This document shows, piece by piece, positions 1 through 8,936 of a DNA stretch of 20,000 bases. Each line of letters starts with the position of its first letter. The first letter of the stretch is position 1. Under the pieces are notes generated by a model that was given only the letters and a program-made list of their open reading frames with translations, had not been told where the DNA came from and searched no databases. Position numbers and translations under genes: made by a program. Where the stretch lies: IMG/VR virus record IMGVR_UViG_3300047181_000007; one strand, 5' to 3'. The DNA is from an uncultured virus (IMG/VR IMGVR_UViG_3300047181_000007). Taxonomy: Duplodnaviria; Heunggongvirae; Uroviricota; Caudoviricetes.

Positions 1-584
1 GCTGCATTACGGATACCACCATTGCCACCGTTACCGCCCCCATTTGTACCTGTGGCACCTGTGATCGTTGTAGCGTCTGTGCCTACATTGGCATTACCCG
101 CTCCTGCACCAGCACCACCACCCCCTGAAGAGCCATTCTGATTTGCCCCATTGCCTCCTTTATAGGAAGTAATGCCACCACCAGAGACATTCGCAGCACC
201 GCCAATTCCTGCACGATTGCCTGTGTTGTTACCTCGTAGACCGCCACCGCCTCCATTGGCGCTTACGATAGTTGATGTATTGCCTCCATTATTGTTATTG
301 AACATGGATGCGCCACCAGGAGTGCCATTGTTATTACCAGCCACCCCACCAGCACCAGCAACACCAACCACAAATGCATAGTTGTTACCAACAACTATGC
401 TAGATAGGGTAAATTTAGCATACGCACCAGCTCCACCACCACCCGCACCGCCAGTAGTAGTGTTGCAGTTTAGCCCGCCACCACCGCCAGCGCCGCCACC
501 CCAACACTCTATTAGAGCATTATTGGTGTTGGCAGGAAAGACTTGTCCATATGTTCCAGCAGTAGTCTGATTATTACTTGGCAT
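1..584 (-). CDS. Glycine-rich virion/tail-appendage protein (partial, runs off left edge)
   Basis: Missing from the ORF track because it is open at the edge. ATG at 584 overlaps the end of the upstream gene and reads MPSNNQTTAGTYGQVFPANTNNALIECWGGGAGGGGG...GAGGGGAGAYAKFT...VVGVAGAGG with no stop before position 1. The 'ECWGGGxGGG...GGGGAY' pattern is typical of phage Gly-rich tail/surface domains. Confidence 0.8.
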   Translation of the reverse strand, partial: MPSNNQTTAGTYGQVFPANTNNALIECWGGGAGGGGGLNCNTTTGGAGGGGAGAYAKFTLSSIVVGNNYAFVVGVAGAGGVAGNNNGTPGGASMFNNNNGGNTSTIVSANGGGGGLRGNNTGNRAGIGGAANVSGGGITSYKGGNGANQNGSSGGGGAGAGAGNANVGTDATTITGATGTNGGGNGGNGGIRNA

Positions 585-1260
585 TTACACCCCATTTCTG
601 GAGTACCTCCTGCATCTGTACAATCTTGGTTGGGATGTCAATTGTGTACTGATGCCAGAAGTAACTGCCCGTGTCACCAAGTCTAGACTGAATACTAAAG
701 AGATTCTCAAAGTGTAGACCATACTTAGCGATATTACGGGATAGAACATAATCATCAATTAGGTGCTCTTTCTTGACTACTGTATTGAGCTCATCCTGAA
801 TTGGGAAGATGTTCTCTAATGCTTCTTCATAAGTAATATCATCTAGGGGATGCCATAATTCTCTACACCAATCGGATGCAATCGTGAGCCAGTTACAGGA
901 ACCAATGTTTCTGCCATCTCTACGGAAGAACCGATCATAGCGCCAGCGATTACCAGCCATGTCATTACCATTATGAGCAACGGTGTCTTTGTGTAAATAG
1001 TTAGTAGGGTCCCACATATCAGGATGAATAAGAGCATCGCTATCCACGAAAATGCTCCAGTCATCGCTGCGCTCGTATTGCAATTCATAGATTTGTAGCT
1101 TTTCATAGACTGGTGCATAATGTTTAGGAAATACACGCTTGTCTATTACATAGAACTCAGCTTCAATCTTGTTCGCCCATCTCTTTATCAATGGATAAGT
1201 AAGTGCTGTAATTTCAGGACTGTAGTTATCTATATTTAGGGTATACAATGTCTTCTTCAT
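574..1260 (-). CDS. Glycosyltransferase, GT-A fold (GT34/GMA12-MNN10-like)
   Basis: 228 aa. The 'WANKIEAEF...YEKLQIYEL...DWSIFVDSDALI' pattern has a DxD after a hydrophobic strand. Tightly packed in the operon. Confidence 0.7.
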   Translation of the reverse strand: MKKTLYTLNIDNYSPEITALTYPLIKRWANKIEAEFYVIDKRVFPKHYAPVYEKLQIYELQYERSDDWSIFVDSDALIHPDMWDPTNYLHKDTVAHNGNDMAGNRWRYDRFFRRDGRNIGSCNWLTIASDWCRELWHPLDDITYEEALENIFPIQDELNTVVKKEHLIDDYVLSRNIAKYGLHFENLFSIQSRLGDTGSYFWHQYTIDIPTKIVQMQEVLQKWGVNAK

Positions 1261-1261
1261 T

Positions 1262-2815
1262 TTAGTTCTTCTCCATGAAAGTTATTGGTATTAGATAGTA
1301 TGCAGACCCACCATCAAGGATGGTGCACAAGGGTTCCATATCTGCCCTGTTGGTAAAATAAACAGAATGAGTTAGTCCCCAATGGTCCTTGAAAACGATA
1401 GTATCTGAAGGTGTAGTATTAGGACCAGAGAGTGTAAAGAATGACTCGAAATCTACACTATTGCCCCATTCGGTAGTACTACCAATAGTGCCGATTGGTA
1501 CAAAGAGCGTATATCTTCGTTGTCTCATCATGGGTCCAGCCTGCTTGTCAATCTTTCCGCTAATAGTATAGCCGATAGTGTCCATGCGAGTATACACTGG
1601 TGCCATCTCGATAGCCTTGAATCTCTTCTCAGTCACAGGCGAATTTACACTATTGTTTAGGGTAATATAGTTATTTAGTACCGCAACTTCACCAGCTATT
1701 ATTGCTGATCGTGACGATATTGCTGTTCCTGCACCTCGCAGGAAAGCATACTGACTGCTGATTCCTCCTGCACCAAAAGTGTATGCAGCCCTGGAGTCGA
1801 CTAAAATCGCTCTACCCCTCAGGTATCCATGCTTAGAACTGCTGGTTATAACACAGCCTTTTAGGTAGGAATGCTTACTACTTAGACTGGAAAGAGCACC
1901 ATACAAATACGATGGCTTAGAACCAGCAGATACAGTTCCACCTTTGATAAAGGCAGAGTGAGATGTGATTGTCGAAGTCTGTCCACGCAAGTATGCTGGT
2001 TGATTTCCATTAGATGGAATACCTCCATGCAGGAAAGCAGACTTATTGTCTAGTACAGCACTTGTTCCCATCAGGAAGGCTGGTTTATTAGTTACAATAG
2101 ATTGTGTTCCATGAGTGTATGCGGCGTGAGAAGCTAATGTCGTACTTAGCCCCTTGAGATAAGCAGATTTAGAGCCAGTAAGTATATCGCCTGCTTGTAC
2201 ATAAGCATGTTTAGATGTAATAGCCACATCTAAGCCCTTTTGGTATGCAGACTTACTGGTTGTAGAAGTTACTCCACCCTTTAGAAAAGCTGACTTGCTA
2301 CTTGCTAGACTTGATTGACCCTTGAGATAAGAAGTTTTGGAGGCTAGTGCTGAAGTTCTACCATTTAGATAAGCTGACTTTGCTGTTGTGCTAGTAGACC
2401 AGCCTTTTAGGTAGGCAGCATGAGAACTAGCTGTACTAGTTTGCCCTTTCAAATAAGCAGACTTGGAAGCAGCTGCACTATTGCCACTTGCTATGCAGGC
2501 AGATTTAGATGATACACCTGCATTTCCCCCTTTCAGATAACTTGATTTGCTCCCCCGTTTCAATAGACCGAAACCTATTGGAACAATAAATCTAATAGAG
2601 GGTGTAGCTGGCGATGGAGGTAGAGTACCCTCTAAATAAGCTGAAGTATGGTCAGTTGTAGATGCTTTACCCCATGTGCACACATGTTTGCTGCTATCGT
2701 ACCAACCGAATACCCAATCTCTGGTAATAGCATCGCCTCCACTCCTTGTTGTACAAAGAGCAGTGGTAATACGACTATCACCAAAGATATTTAGGTACCC
2801 GTGTCGCTTTGCCAT
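1262..2815 (-). CDS. Virion fibre-like protein with 21 x 14-aa repeats and a C-terminal distal-tail/tail-tube-like domain
   Basis: 517 aa. Residues ~87-379 repeat xxSKSAYLKGxxxx. The C-terminal ~130 aa (RRYTLFV...IVFKDHWGLTHSVYF...YLIPITFME) resembles small Dit-like beta domains by eye. Confidence 0.6.
   Translation of the reverse strand: MAKRHGYLNIFGDSRITTALCTTRSGGDAITRDWVFGWYDSSKHVCTWGKASTTDHTSAYLEGTLPPSPATPSIRFIVPIGFGLLKRGSKSSYLKGGNAGVSSKSACIASGNSAAASKSAYLKGQTSTASSHAAYLKGWSTSTTAKSAYLNGRTSALASKTSYLKGQSSLASSKSAFLKGGVTSTTSKSAYQKGLDVAITSKHAYVQAGDILTGSKSAYLKGLSTTLASHAAYTHGTQSIVTNKPAFLMGTSAVLDNKSAFLHGGIPSNGNQPAYLRGQTSTITSHSAFIKGGTVSAGSKPSYLYGALSSLSSKHSYLKGCVITSSSKHGYLRGRAILVDSRAAYTFGAGGISSQYAFLRGAGTAISSRSAIIAGEVAVLNNYITLNNSVNSPVTEKRFKAIEMAPVYTRMDTIGYTISGKIDKQAGPMMRQRRYTLFVPIGTIGSTTEWGNSVDFESFFTLSGPNTTPSDTIVFKDHWGLTHSVYFTNRADMEPLCTILDGGSAYYLIPITFMEKN
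1679..2557 (-). repeat. Coding tandem repeat, 21 units of 42 nt (14 aa; one unit is 13 aa)
   Basis: Units counted manually, e.g. AASKSAYLKGQTST / ASSHAAYLKGWSTS / TGSKSAYLKGLSTT / LSSKHSYLKGCVIT. Diverged at the DNA level. Confidence 0.9.
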
Positions 2816-2816
2816 G

Positions 2817-3623
2817 TTATGCGTCTATGATAGCTAGCGTTCCTATAACTTGAGATGCTGTAGCAGCTCCACCTTGCCAGATGAGGAAGAGACAGGCATC
2901 GTTTGGTATTTGAGGCAATGCTAGTGCTGCCCAATCTAATGTCTTTCCCTGTGCAGCTGGATAAACATCAATCTGAGCAATACGTTTGCAGATCGTCATA
3001 CCCCATGAGCCAGAAGTCCATGTGGCACTGTTAGCCACACTAACTAATGATCTAACACTCAAACCAGCTCCTGACTGTAATGGAACTTGTTGCATTTGTC
3101 CAATCAGGGGTGAGGATACCACTGCTGGAATAACTCCAGTTTCACTAGAATCGGCTGCGTTCTTATAAACACAAGTTAGTGTGCCACTAGCTGAGCCTGC
3201 TGCTACAAATTGTTCTGTCCAAAGTTCGCAACCTACACCATAATCTGTGATACGTGCTGGAAGCTCACCAGGTGTAGTCACAGTATAGGTATTTATAGCA
3301 AAGCCCATACCTGAGCAAGACCACAGGCGATCCATTAGCAAGAAAGTTCCTGCAACCACAGATGTCTGGAACCACTTAGCTAGATAGTTCTGCACCGTGG
3401 CATTGTTGTAGATGAAACCTCCCGTAGTAGCGTCATCACAAGTATAGCCAGAACCAGCGGTATAGACAGGTGCCGTAGCTCCAGCACCAGGATTACCTGT
3501 ACCCAACCAGCTACTTTGCCACGAGCCAATTGCTTTTGGAACAGTAATGTTCTTCATAAAGTTTATTTTCTGACAAGGGGCTGCTAAAGCACTTGCAATT
3601 GTATCGACACTTGAAATAGTCAT
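2817..3623 (-). CDS. Putative virion structural protein
   Basis: 268 aa, rich in G/T/S/A/W with a beta-type composition. SD GGAGG upstream; lies in the structural operon. Confidence 0.55.
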   Translation of the reverse strand: MTISSVDTIASALAAPCQKINFMKNITVPKAIGSWQSSWLGTGNPGAGATAPVYTAGSGYTCDDATTGGFIYNNATVQNYLAKWFQTSVVAGTFLLMDRLWSCSGMGFAINTYTVTTPGELPARITDYGVGCELWTEQFVAAGSASGTLTCVYKNAADSSETGVIPAVVSSPLIGQMQQVPLQSGAGLSVRSLVSVANSATWTSGSWGMTICKRIAQIDVYPAAQGKTLDWAALALPQIPNDACLFLIWQGGAATASQVIGTLAIIDA

Positions 3624-3636
3624 AATAAACCTCCGT

Positions 3637-5262
3637 TTATGTTATTGCCATGATGGTAATTCTTATCCTCAGGTCTTCGTAGTCTGATATTAGAGTAATT
3701 TCACCTGAGGTTAGCACTCTACGAAAAGTCACTATACTGCTTGAACTAAGGACCTCCGTATCACTTGCAATCATAGTATTATTTCCCTGTCTAAGCTCAC
3801 ATTTCAATGTTACTGAAGCAACACCATCCTTCTTGTAGGCATCCCAAACAATGGTGTGGTTTCCTACTCCTGGTGCACCGATTGGATCACTTAGACCAAC
3901 CTCAAAATATTGACCAATAACCGCTTCACTATACCACACATAGGTAGAGGCACTATTATCAGCCAAAGATGCATAAAGAATAGAACCACCAGTTTCGTTC
4001 TTCCACGAACCTACATAAACATCAGAATCTGGAGTAAGTTCTTGACCAAAACCACTAAGATAGACATGCTTGCTAGATGTAGGATTAGCCCCGCCTCTTA
4101 GAAAAGCAGGTATACTAGATGTATCTACTGCAATAACAGCGGTATAGGCAGGTTTAGAGCCAGAAGCATCAGCGGATAGATTGATGCGCTCAAAATATAA
4201 ATAGTAGGTTGTAGGGTCCCAAAAGAGAAGATGAATCGCAGGACCAGTGTTATTGAAGTGAAGGTTGTATTCTGGATATAGGTAGCCGTAGCTTGTTGAG
4301 CTCCATTGGTAGGCATTCTCCTTTACCCAAGCCTCACTCTCGTTTCTTTTGTTTACGTACATGACATTAGTACGTATCATGGCACAAATAATCGTGTTAC
4401 CAACACGATTTAGAGCTGACCAAATATCTCCCTCATCGGCTTTACCTGGAGAAATGTACCCTACTGGATTTCCGTCTTCAAGAACATAGTCGCCGTAGCC
4501 AGAAACATTCCCATAAATAATTGGCGTTCCATTACTAGTCTCTAATATTCCTTTACCACATAAATCCCATGGTCCCTCTTGTAATACGTCACGTGATTGC
4601 CATGAGCCGCCTATCATCTTGACACGGATAATTTTCGTGGTTGTAGTCTCGCCAGGGTCCTGACTAGTAGTAATACCAAGAGTGATTGTGTTACTATCGT
4701 GGACAACTACGCCGAAATTATCGGGTTCAATAGATGTTCCACCAATTGGAACATCTCCTTCAGAAGACCAGGAACCAGAAGTTCGATCTTTATATTTGAT
4801 ATAGTAAGTGGTTCCACTCCCAACGGCGAACAGGCTCCAGAAAATCCAAGGGTATCCATTGTTGTCGAGGCAGCATAAGCATTTATCTATCTGATGTGTG
4901 GAGTCTGTACTAGCGACTGTTTCCCATGAACCTGTCCAGGTGTCTGAGGCAGTAAGGAATTTGCGCCATTTGATAGCTACAACACTGTCGTCATTATAGC
5001 GCCATGCTGCGACATGAATATTGTCGCTTCCGTCAACTTGCACTGAAAAGTACGATGAAATACTAGCTGAACCCCAAATAGTGGTAGATGAAACCGTGGT
5101 AAGCTCCGACCAATTCTCTCCTGTATCAGTGGACTTATAAATATAGAAAGTGAATGGTGTGCTTGAATCACGCAGGAAAGCATAAATGGTTGTACCATTG
5201 CTAAGAGTTGCTAGATCATGGGGCGATTTAGAACCAGAATCTTCAATTAGATAGGCAGTCAT
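3637..5262 (-). CDS. Asp-box (BNR) beta-propeller virion/receptor-binding protein with C-terminal beta-sandwich
   Basis: 541 aa. Asp-box 'YKSTDTGENWS' and repeated blade-like motifs ('VDGSDNIHVA', 'LDNNGYPWIFW', 'SGSWSS'), followed by three 14-aa SxxAYLxG-type units and a ~130-aa C-terminal domain. Confidence 0.65.
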   Translation of the reverse strand: MTAYLIEDSGSKSPHDLATLSNGTTIYAFLRDSSTPFTFYIYKSTDTGENWSELTTVSSTTIWGSASISSYFSVQVDGSDNIHVAAWRYNDDSVVAIKWRKFLTASDTWTGSWETVASTDSTHQIDKCLCCLDNNGYPWIFWSLFAVGSGTTYYIKYKDRTSGSWSSEGDVPIGGTSIEPDNFGVVVHDSNTITLGITTSQDPGETTTTKIIRVKMIGGSWQSRDVLQEGPWDLCGKGILETSNGTPIIYGNVSGYGDYVLEDGNPVGYISPGKADEGDIWSALNRVGNTIICAMIRTNVMYVNKRNESEAWVKENAYQWSSTSYGYLYPEYNLHFNNTGPAIHLLFWDPTTYYLYFERINLSADASGSKPAYTAVIAVDTSSIPAFLRGGANPTSSKHVYLSGFGQELTPDSDVYVGSWKNETGGSILYASLADNSASTYVWYSEAVIGQYFEVGLSDPIGAPGVGNHTIVWDAYKKDGVASVTLKCELRQGNNTMIASDTEVLSSSSIVTFRRVLTSGEITLISDYEDLRIRITIMAIT

Positions 5263-5272
5263 ATTAATTGCC

Positions 5273-5503
5273 CTAAATAAGCCACCATACCATTACTCTA
5301 CGTCCTTTGGTGGGGTCGTATGCCATACGTGTACCCCATTTTCCAGACTCTACCAATTTCTCCATAAAAGGATATACATTTTGCATATTTCTTTTCAATA
5401 GTACTGAAAGCTCTTTGGCTGTAAGTTCGGATGTCTTCTTCGGATTATCCGTAACTTGTTGGAGGTATTCGATGGCAGCGGCTCTAAGTTCATCCTCCGT
5501 CAT
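5273..5503 (-). CDS. Small winged-helix DNA-binding-like protein
   Basis: 76 aa with the 'LTAKELSVLL...VYPFMEKLVESGK...VWWL' wHTH pattern. Start overlaps the stop of the phosphoesterase gene. Confidence 0.6.
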   Translation of the reverse strand: MTEDELRAAAIEYLQQVTDNPKKTSELTAKELSVLLKRNMQNVYPFMEKLVESGKWGTRMAYDPTKGRRVMVWWLI

Positions 5504-6360
5504 AATTTCTCCTTAGTACGCCTATCAATTGTGCGTGTATAACGTTTGTATCCGATAAGATTTCCATCAACAATCTCAAGAGCTACAACCCCGTGTGTAA
5601 ATCGAGCCTGTCCTCTAGTAGTAGCTGTTGTCCACATATTGGGAAAATTGAATGATGGCATTACAAATAGAGTAGATATGTAATCATTGTCTCCAACAGA
5701 TACAGTTTCTGATACCCAAATCCATTCATGATAATGACCATAGCCATACAATCTCGGCGGTGTCTTTCCTGCCATCAATTCTATTGTCATTTTGTCTCTA
5801 AGAAATTGATGTGCAATATTTCCTTTCAGGTGTTGGCGACTACCAGTAAATGCTCCTTGATGAGCATATTCAATATCCACTCCATCTATACTTGCTAATC
5901 CAACCTCAACAGTCTCACAGTTAACTTTGGGATAACGAAGTTTTAGATTGTCGATAATTATCTTTTCTGCACTAGAATCATCAAAGTTATGGGCATCTGT
6001 ACCAGCTACAAGTCTAAATGAGCGTACATTTGGTAAGCTCAAAACAGGCTCCATATTAGCAATAGCTATGGCTGGTTGATCTGCTAACTCTGTACTTACT
6101 AGAGTTTTGGGATATTTATTACCATGAGTAGCATCCCCAAAATGGATAACAACAATCGGGTCACCATTAGCAAATTCTTCAACTGCTTTGATACCTCGTG
6201 TGTATAGATGCCAGAAGTATTTCTGAACAGCAGTTGGCTCAGGAGTATAAGGAACAAGATTGCCTTCCTCATCTCTATCGTGAAGTTCAACATTAGGATT
6301 CATAAGACCTAACTTGAAACCACCATGCGTATCTGATATACACAAACCAATTGTTCTCAT
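5500..6360 (-). CDS. Calcineurin-like metallophosphoesterase
   Basis: 286 aa with motifs ISDTH, GDATHG, AGTDAH (variant of GNH), AHQG and GHYH in canonical order. SD GAGG upstream. Confidence 0.85.
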   Translation of the reverse strand: MRTIGLCISDTHGGFKLGLMNPNVELHDRDEEGNLVPYTPEPTAVQKYFWHLYTRGIKAVEEFANGDPIVVIHFGDATHGNKYPKTLVSTELADQPAIAIANMEPVLSLPNVRSFRLVAGTDAHNFDDSSAEKIIIDNLKLRYPKVNCETVEVGLASIDGVDIEYAHQGAFTGSRQHLKGNIAHQFLRDKMTIELMAGKTPPRLYGYGHYHEWIWVSETVSVGDNDYISTLFVMPSFNFPNMWTTATTRGQARFTHGVVALEIVDGNLIGYKRYTRTIDRRTKEKL

Positions 6361-6373
6361 TAGATAAACCTCA

Positions 6374-6403
6374 ATCCCTACGATGGTGAACCATTGTAGG
6401 GAT
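6374..6403. other. Intergenic 13-bp hairpin just upstream of the phosphoesterase SD
   Basis: ATCCCTACGATGG-TGAA-CCATTGTAGGGAT (12 WC pairs and 1 G-T). No U-tract follows on either strand. Confidence 0.6.
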
Positions 6404-6452
6404 GAAAATGCCGTAGCCTTTCGACTATGGATGAAGTTGTAAAAGGTCTAGG

Positions 6453-6830
6453 TTATAAGATGATATGCGGCATACTTACTTCAACCGAGCGGATTTCCTG
6501 TGTGATCTCGCCTTCGGTACTAATCCAAATAATATACACCTTATCACCTACGACTGCACCAATACCCTGCTTTAGACTTTCTTTGCCAGTGAAGAGAGAC
6601 TTGGTTGCTTCATAGGCGTGGTAGTATCCCTCACATTGTTTCTGTGGAAGAGCAGATAACACTACATCACCACGCCGAATCTTTAGAGAAGTAATCTTCA
6701 GATTGTTGTCCTTGCATTTTCCAATTAACTTTCTCCAAGACGAGATGTCATTTGGTATGGGGTCAGTCTCGTACACCGTTTCGCCATTGCTAAGATTTGC
6801 TATCCATCCACCATGAAATTCATTTACCAT
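6453..6830 (-). CDS. Hypothetical phage protein
   Basis: 125 aa ORF with SD GAGGT, packed in the operon. Confidence 0.75.
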   Translation of the reverse strand: MVNEFHGGWIANLSNGETVYETDPIPNDISSWRKLIGKCKDNNLKITSLKIRRGDVVLSALPQKQCEGYYHAYEATKSLFTGKESLKQGIGAVVGDKVYIIWISTEGEITQEIRSVEVSMPHIIL

Positions 6831-6832
6831 AT

Positions 6833-8314
6833 TTACCTCACCTTCATGTATTCAAACTCACTTATAGGCATAAACCCTATTTCTTTCAAGTAATCAGAGA
6901 ACCAACCACTATGGTCATAGTGTTGTGGGTATATATCCTGCTGATGGAAGTTAGTCGAGAAACCGAGACTCCCACCCACCTTCAGCACCCTATGTATATT
7001 GAGCAACACATCCTTCAGATCGACTTCTGCAAGATGCTCGAAAGTATCTGTAGAGACTGCATTATCGAAAGATGCATCTGGAGTAAGTTGACGCCATGTA
7101 TCATCCACAATTGAAAGCATCCCAATCTCTCCAGAGAAATCTTTCGCATAATCCTTCCAGCGCATATCCTGAAAACGGCGAAGAACAGGATTTACTTCTA
7201 CAGAAAGAACGTTGCATCCCTGGACACATAGTTGGATTGCTAACGAGCCAATACCAGAACCAATCTCGATGATATTTCTCTCTCTCAAGGAAACAAACCG
7301 CTGCCTAATTTGGTTGTATACACCACCAAAGTTCCAATGAAGTAACTCATTGACATAGAGCTGACCAGTCTTTTCCTCAAGATAGAATGCCTCAGCTTCT
7401 TCAGCAGAAACTACTTTATCGCCAAACTTCTCTCGCCAATAGTCACCAGTCTCGTGTTCATTGCTAGCATCAAGTGCAATCTTGGCTTCGTCAAGAGAGA
7501 CACCAAAGAAGTTTGACCACCAAAGAGCTGCATCCTTCTTACTGAAAGATGTAGAATTGATACCAAGGTTGATATAGTTCATCCTAAACTGTGCTTGTCC
7601 CATTGGAACCCAATGGTAGTGACCACAGATCGTAGAGAAGTCACAGTAGATAGGGAAACCGTGTTCCTTGGCTTCCTTGCAGAATACCAGGTCCTCGGAG
7701 TTGCCACCATAGCGATATTCAAAGATCGGCTTGGGCATAGCTTCAAGAACAGAACGGTGGATAGCAATACAACCTGTTGCTACAGCATCTACTTCCATTA
7801 GAGCATTAGGGTCATTCTCCACCACAAGTGCACCATCACGCATAGGAATATTGTGAGAGTCGAGGTAAGCAAATACCTCTTTCTTCATGGCTCGCCATAG
7901 CAGGGCGGGACGACCATAGTCGTCCAGCCCCGCATTAGGAGTATATCTAAAGGCGAATGGGTCATGGCTAGTTCCACGATGGAAATACAACGCTCCAACA
8001 ATGGGTTTGTTCCATCTCACTAGGCGCATTGGCGCATCAATGGGATGCTCCATATCGGTATCTATCATCACTAACCATTCGGGCTTATCTTCCCTTCTCA
8101 GGAAGTCCTCACAGATAGTGTCCCGATTGCGGTCTACTCGATGACCTTCGGCTTGAAAGTAACCACCACCTAAACCAGCCTTTGCTAACTCGGTTAGAAT
8201 GGCATCACGGTTATCTACAAACTGTGTCAAGTAGATGCGTTCACGTGGTATCCCGATAAAGATTTTCCCTTTTCCAATTTCTTCTTTCTTAGATTTCTTG
8301 GATTTTCTAGTCAT
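6833..8314 (-). CDS. Glycosyltransferase (GT2-like) fused to a class I SAM-dependent methyltransferase
   Basis: 493 aa. N-terminal GT-A motifs: 'IFIGIP', 'RNRD', 'WLVMIDTDM' (DxD), 'VGALYF', 'ATGCIAIHRSVLE', 'SEDLVFCKEAKEHGFPIYCD'. C-terminal MTase motifs: motif I 'IIEIGSGIG', 'SVEVN', 'SFDNAVSTDTFEHL', 'HRVLKVGG'. Confidence 0.88.
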   Translation of the reverse strand: MTRKSKKSKKEEIGKGKIFIGIPRERIYLTQFVDNRDAILTELAKAGLGGGYFQAEGHRVDRNRDTICEDFLRREDKPEWLVMIDTDMEHPIDAPMRLVRWNKPIVGALYFHRGTSHDPFAFRYTPNAGLDDYGRPALLWRAMKKEVFAYLDSHNIPMRDGALVVENDPNALMEVDAVATGCIAIHRSVLEAMPKPIFEYRYGGNSEDLVFCKEAKEHGFPIYCDFSTICGHYHWVPMGQAQFRMNYINLGINSTSFSKKDAALWWSNFFGVSLDEAKIALDASNEHETGDYWREKFGDKVVSAEEAEAFYLEEKTGQLYVNELLHWNFGGVYNQIRQRFVSLRERNIIEIGSGIGSLAIQLCVQGCNVLSVEVNPVLRRFQDMRWKDYAKDFSGEIGMLSIVDDTWRQLTPDASFDNAVSTDTFEHLAEVDLKDVLLNIHRVLKVGGSLGFSTNFHQQDIYPQHYDHSGWFSDYLKEIGFMPISEFEYMKVR

Positions 8315-8326
8315 ATAATGTCCTCT

Positions 8327-8926
8327 TTATGAATAGGTTAGGGCTATCCCGAAGTCGAATTGCGTCTTTGCTCCAACTGATTCAGGAGTAGCAGAAACAG
8401 CGATGTAGAAAGTGTGAGAAGCGGCTGCTGCTTGATCGGAAAGACCAAGACGCTCGCCAGAATTATCACCACCAATGTTACCACTATCATCGTTGATTTG
8501 GGTCCAGGTTGTTGCTGCAACACCACGCTCGAAAGCGTAGGCTTCAACACCAATTGCTTCAGCTGTGACGGTTGAGCCGTCAAACGAGTAGAAGCGAGCC
8601 GATGAAGTTGCTACTGAAGAAGCATCTGTAAATAGGATTTGCAGAGTGCATTCAGTTGCTGCAAGGTTAGTGTCATTTAGTGTTTCTGTGCCACCACCTG
8701 TATCCATCTGAGTGCTAGATACCCATTTGACATTTCTCATGTGGTTAGCGCCACATTGGTCGGTGCCTGGGTCGCCGTTGCCAACATGAGTACCAGTATT
8801 CCACTGTCCTACAGTAATAGGAGTAGTGCAATCTGAGGCGCTTCCAGAAAAGACGATGGTATTGGATGCAATATCAGCCCAAGCAGGACCAGCACCCATA
8901 TACGCATTCCACGTAAATGTAGCCAT
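8327..8926 (-). CDS. Putative virion structural protein
   Basis: 199 aa, rich in T/G/A/S and poor in Lys, with a strong SD (AGGAGG). Second gene after the portal. Confidence 0.6.
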   Translation of the reverse strand: MATFTWNAYMGAGPAWADIASNTIVFSGSASDCTTPITVGQWNTGTHVGNGDPGTDQCGANHMRNVKWVSSTQMDTGGGTETLNDTNLAATECTLQILFTDASSVATSSARFYSFDGSTVTAEAIGVEAYAFERGVAATTWTQINDDSGNIGGDNSGERLGLSDQAAAASHTFYIAVSATPESVGAKTQFDFGIALTYS

Positions 8927-8936
8927 TTAGAGCCTC

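Noticed and set aside
172..570. Pro-rich plus-strand ORFs (172-381, 382-570)
   Set aside because: They are the antisense shadow of the Gly-rich (GGN codon) minus-strand gene.
5273..5503. wHTH protein as a Z-alpha (Z-DNA-binding) partner for the RY tract
   Set aside because: The overall wHTH pattern and terminal Trp fit, but the Z-alpha recognition-helix Asn/Tyr pair and the Pro-Pro before the Trp are absent in my alignment.
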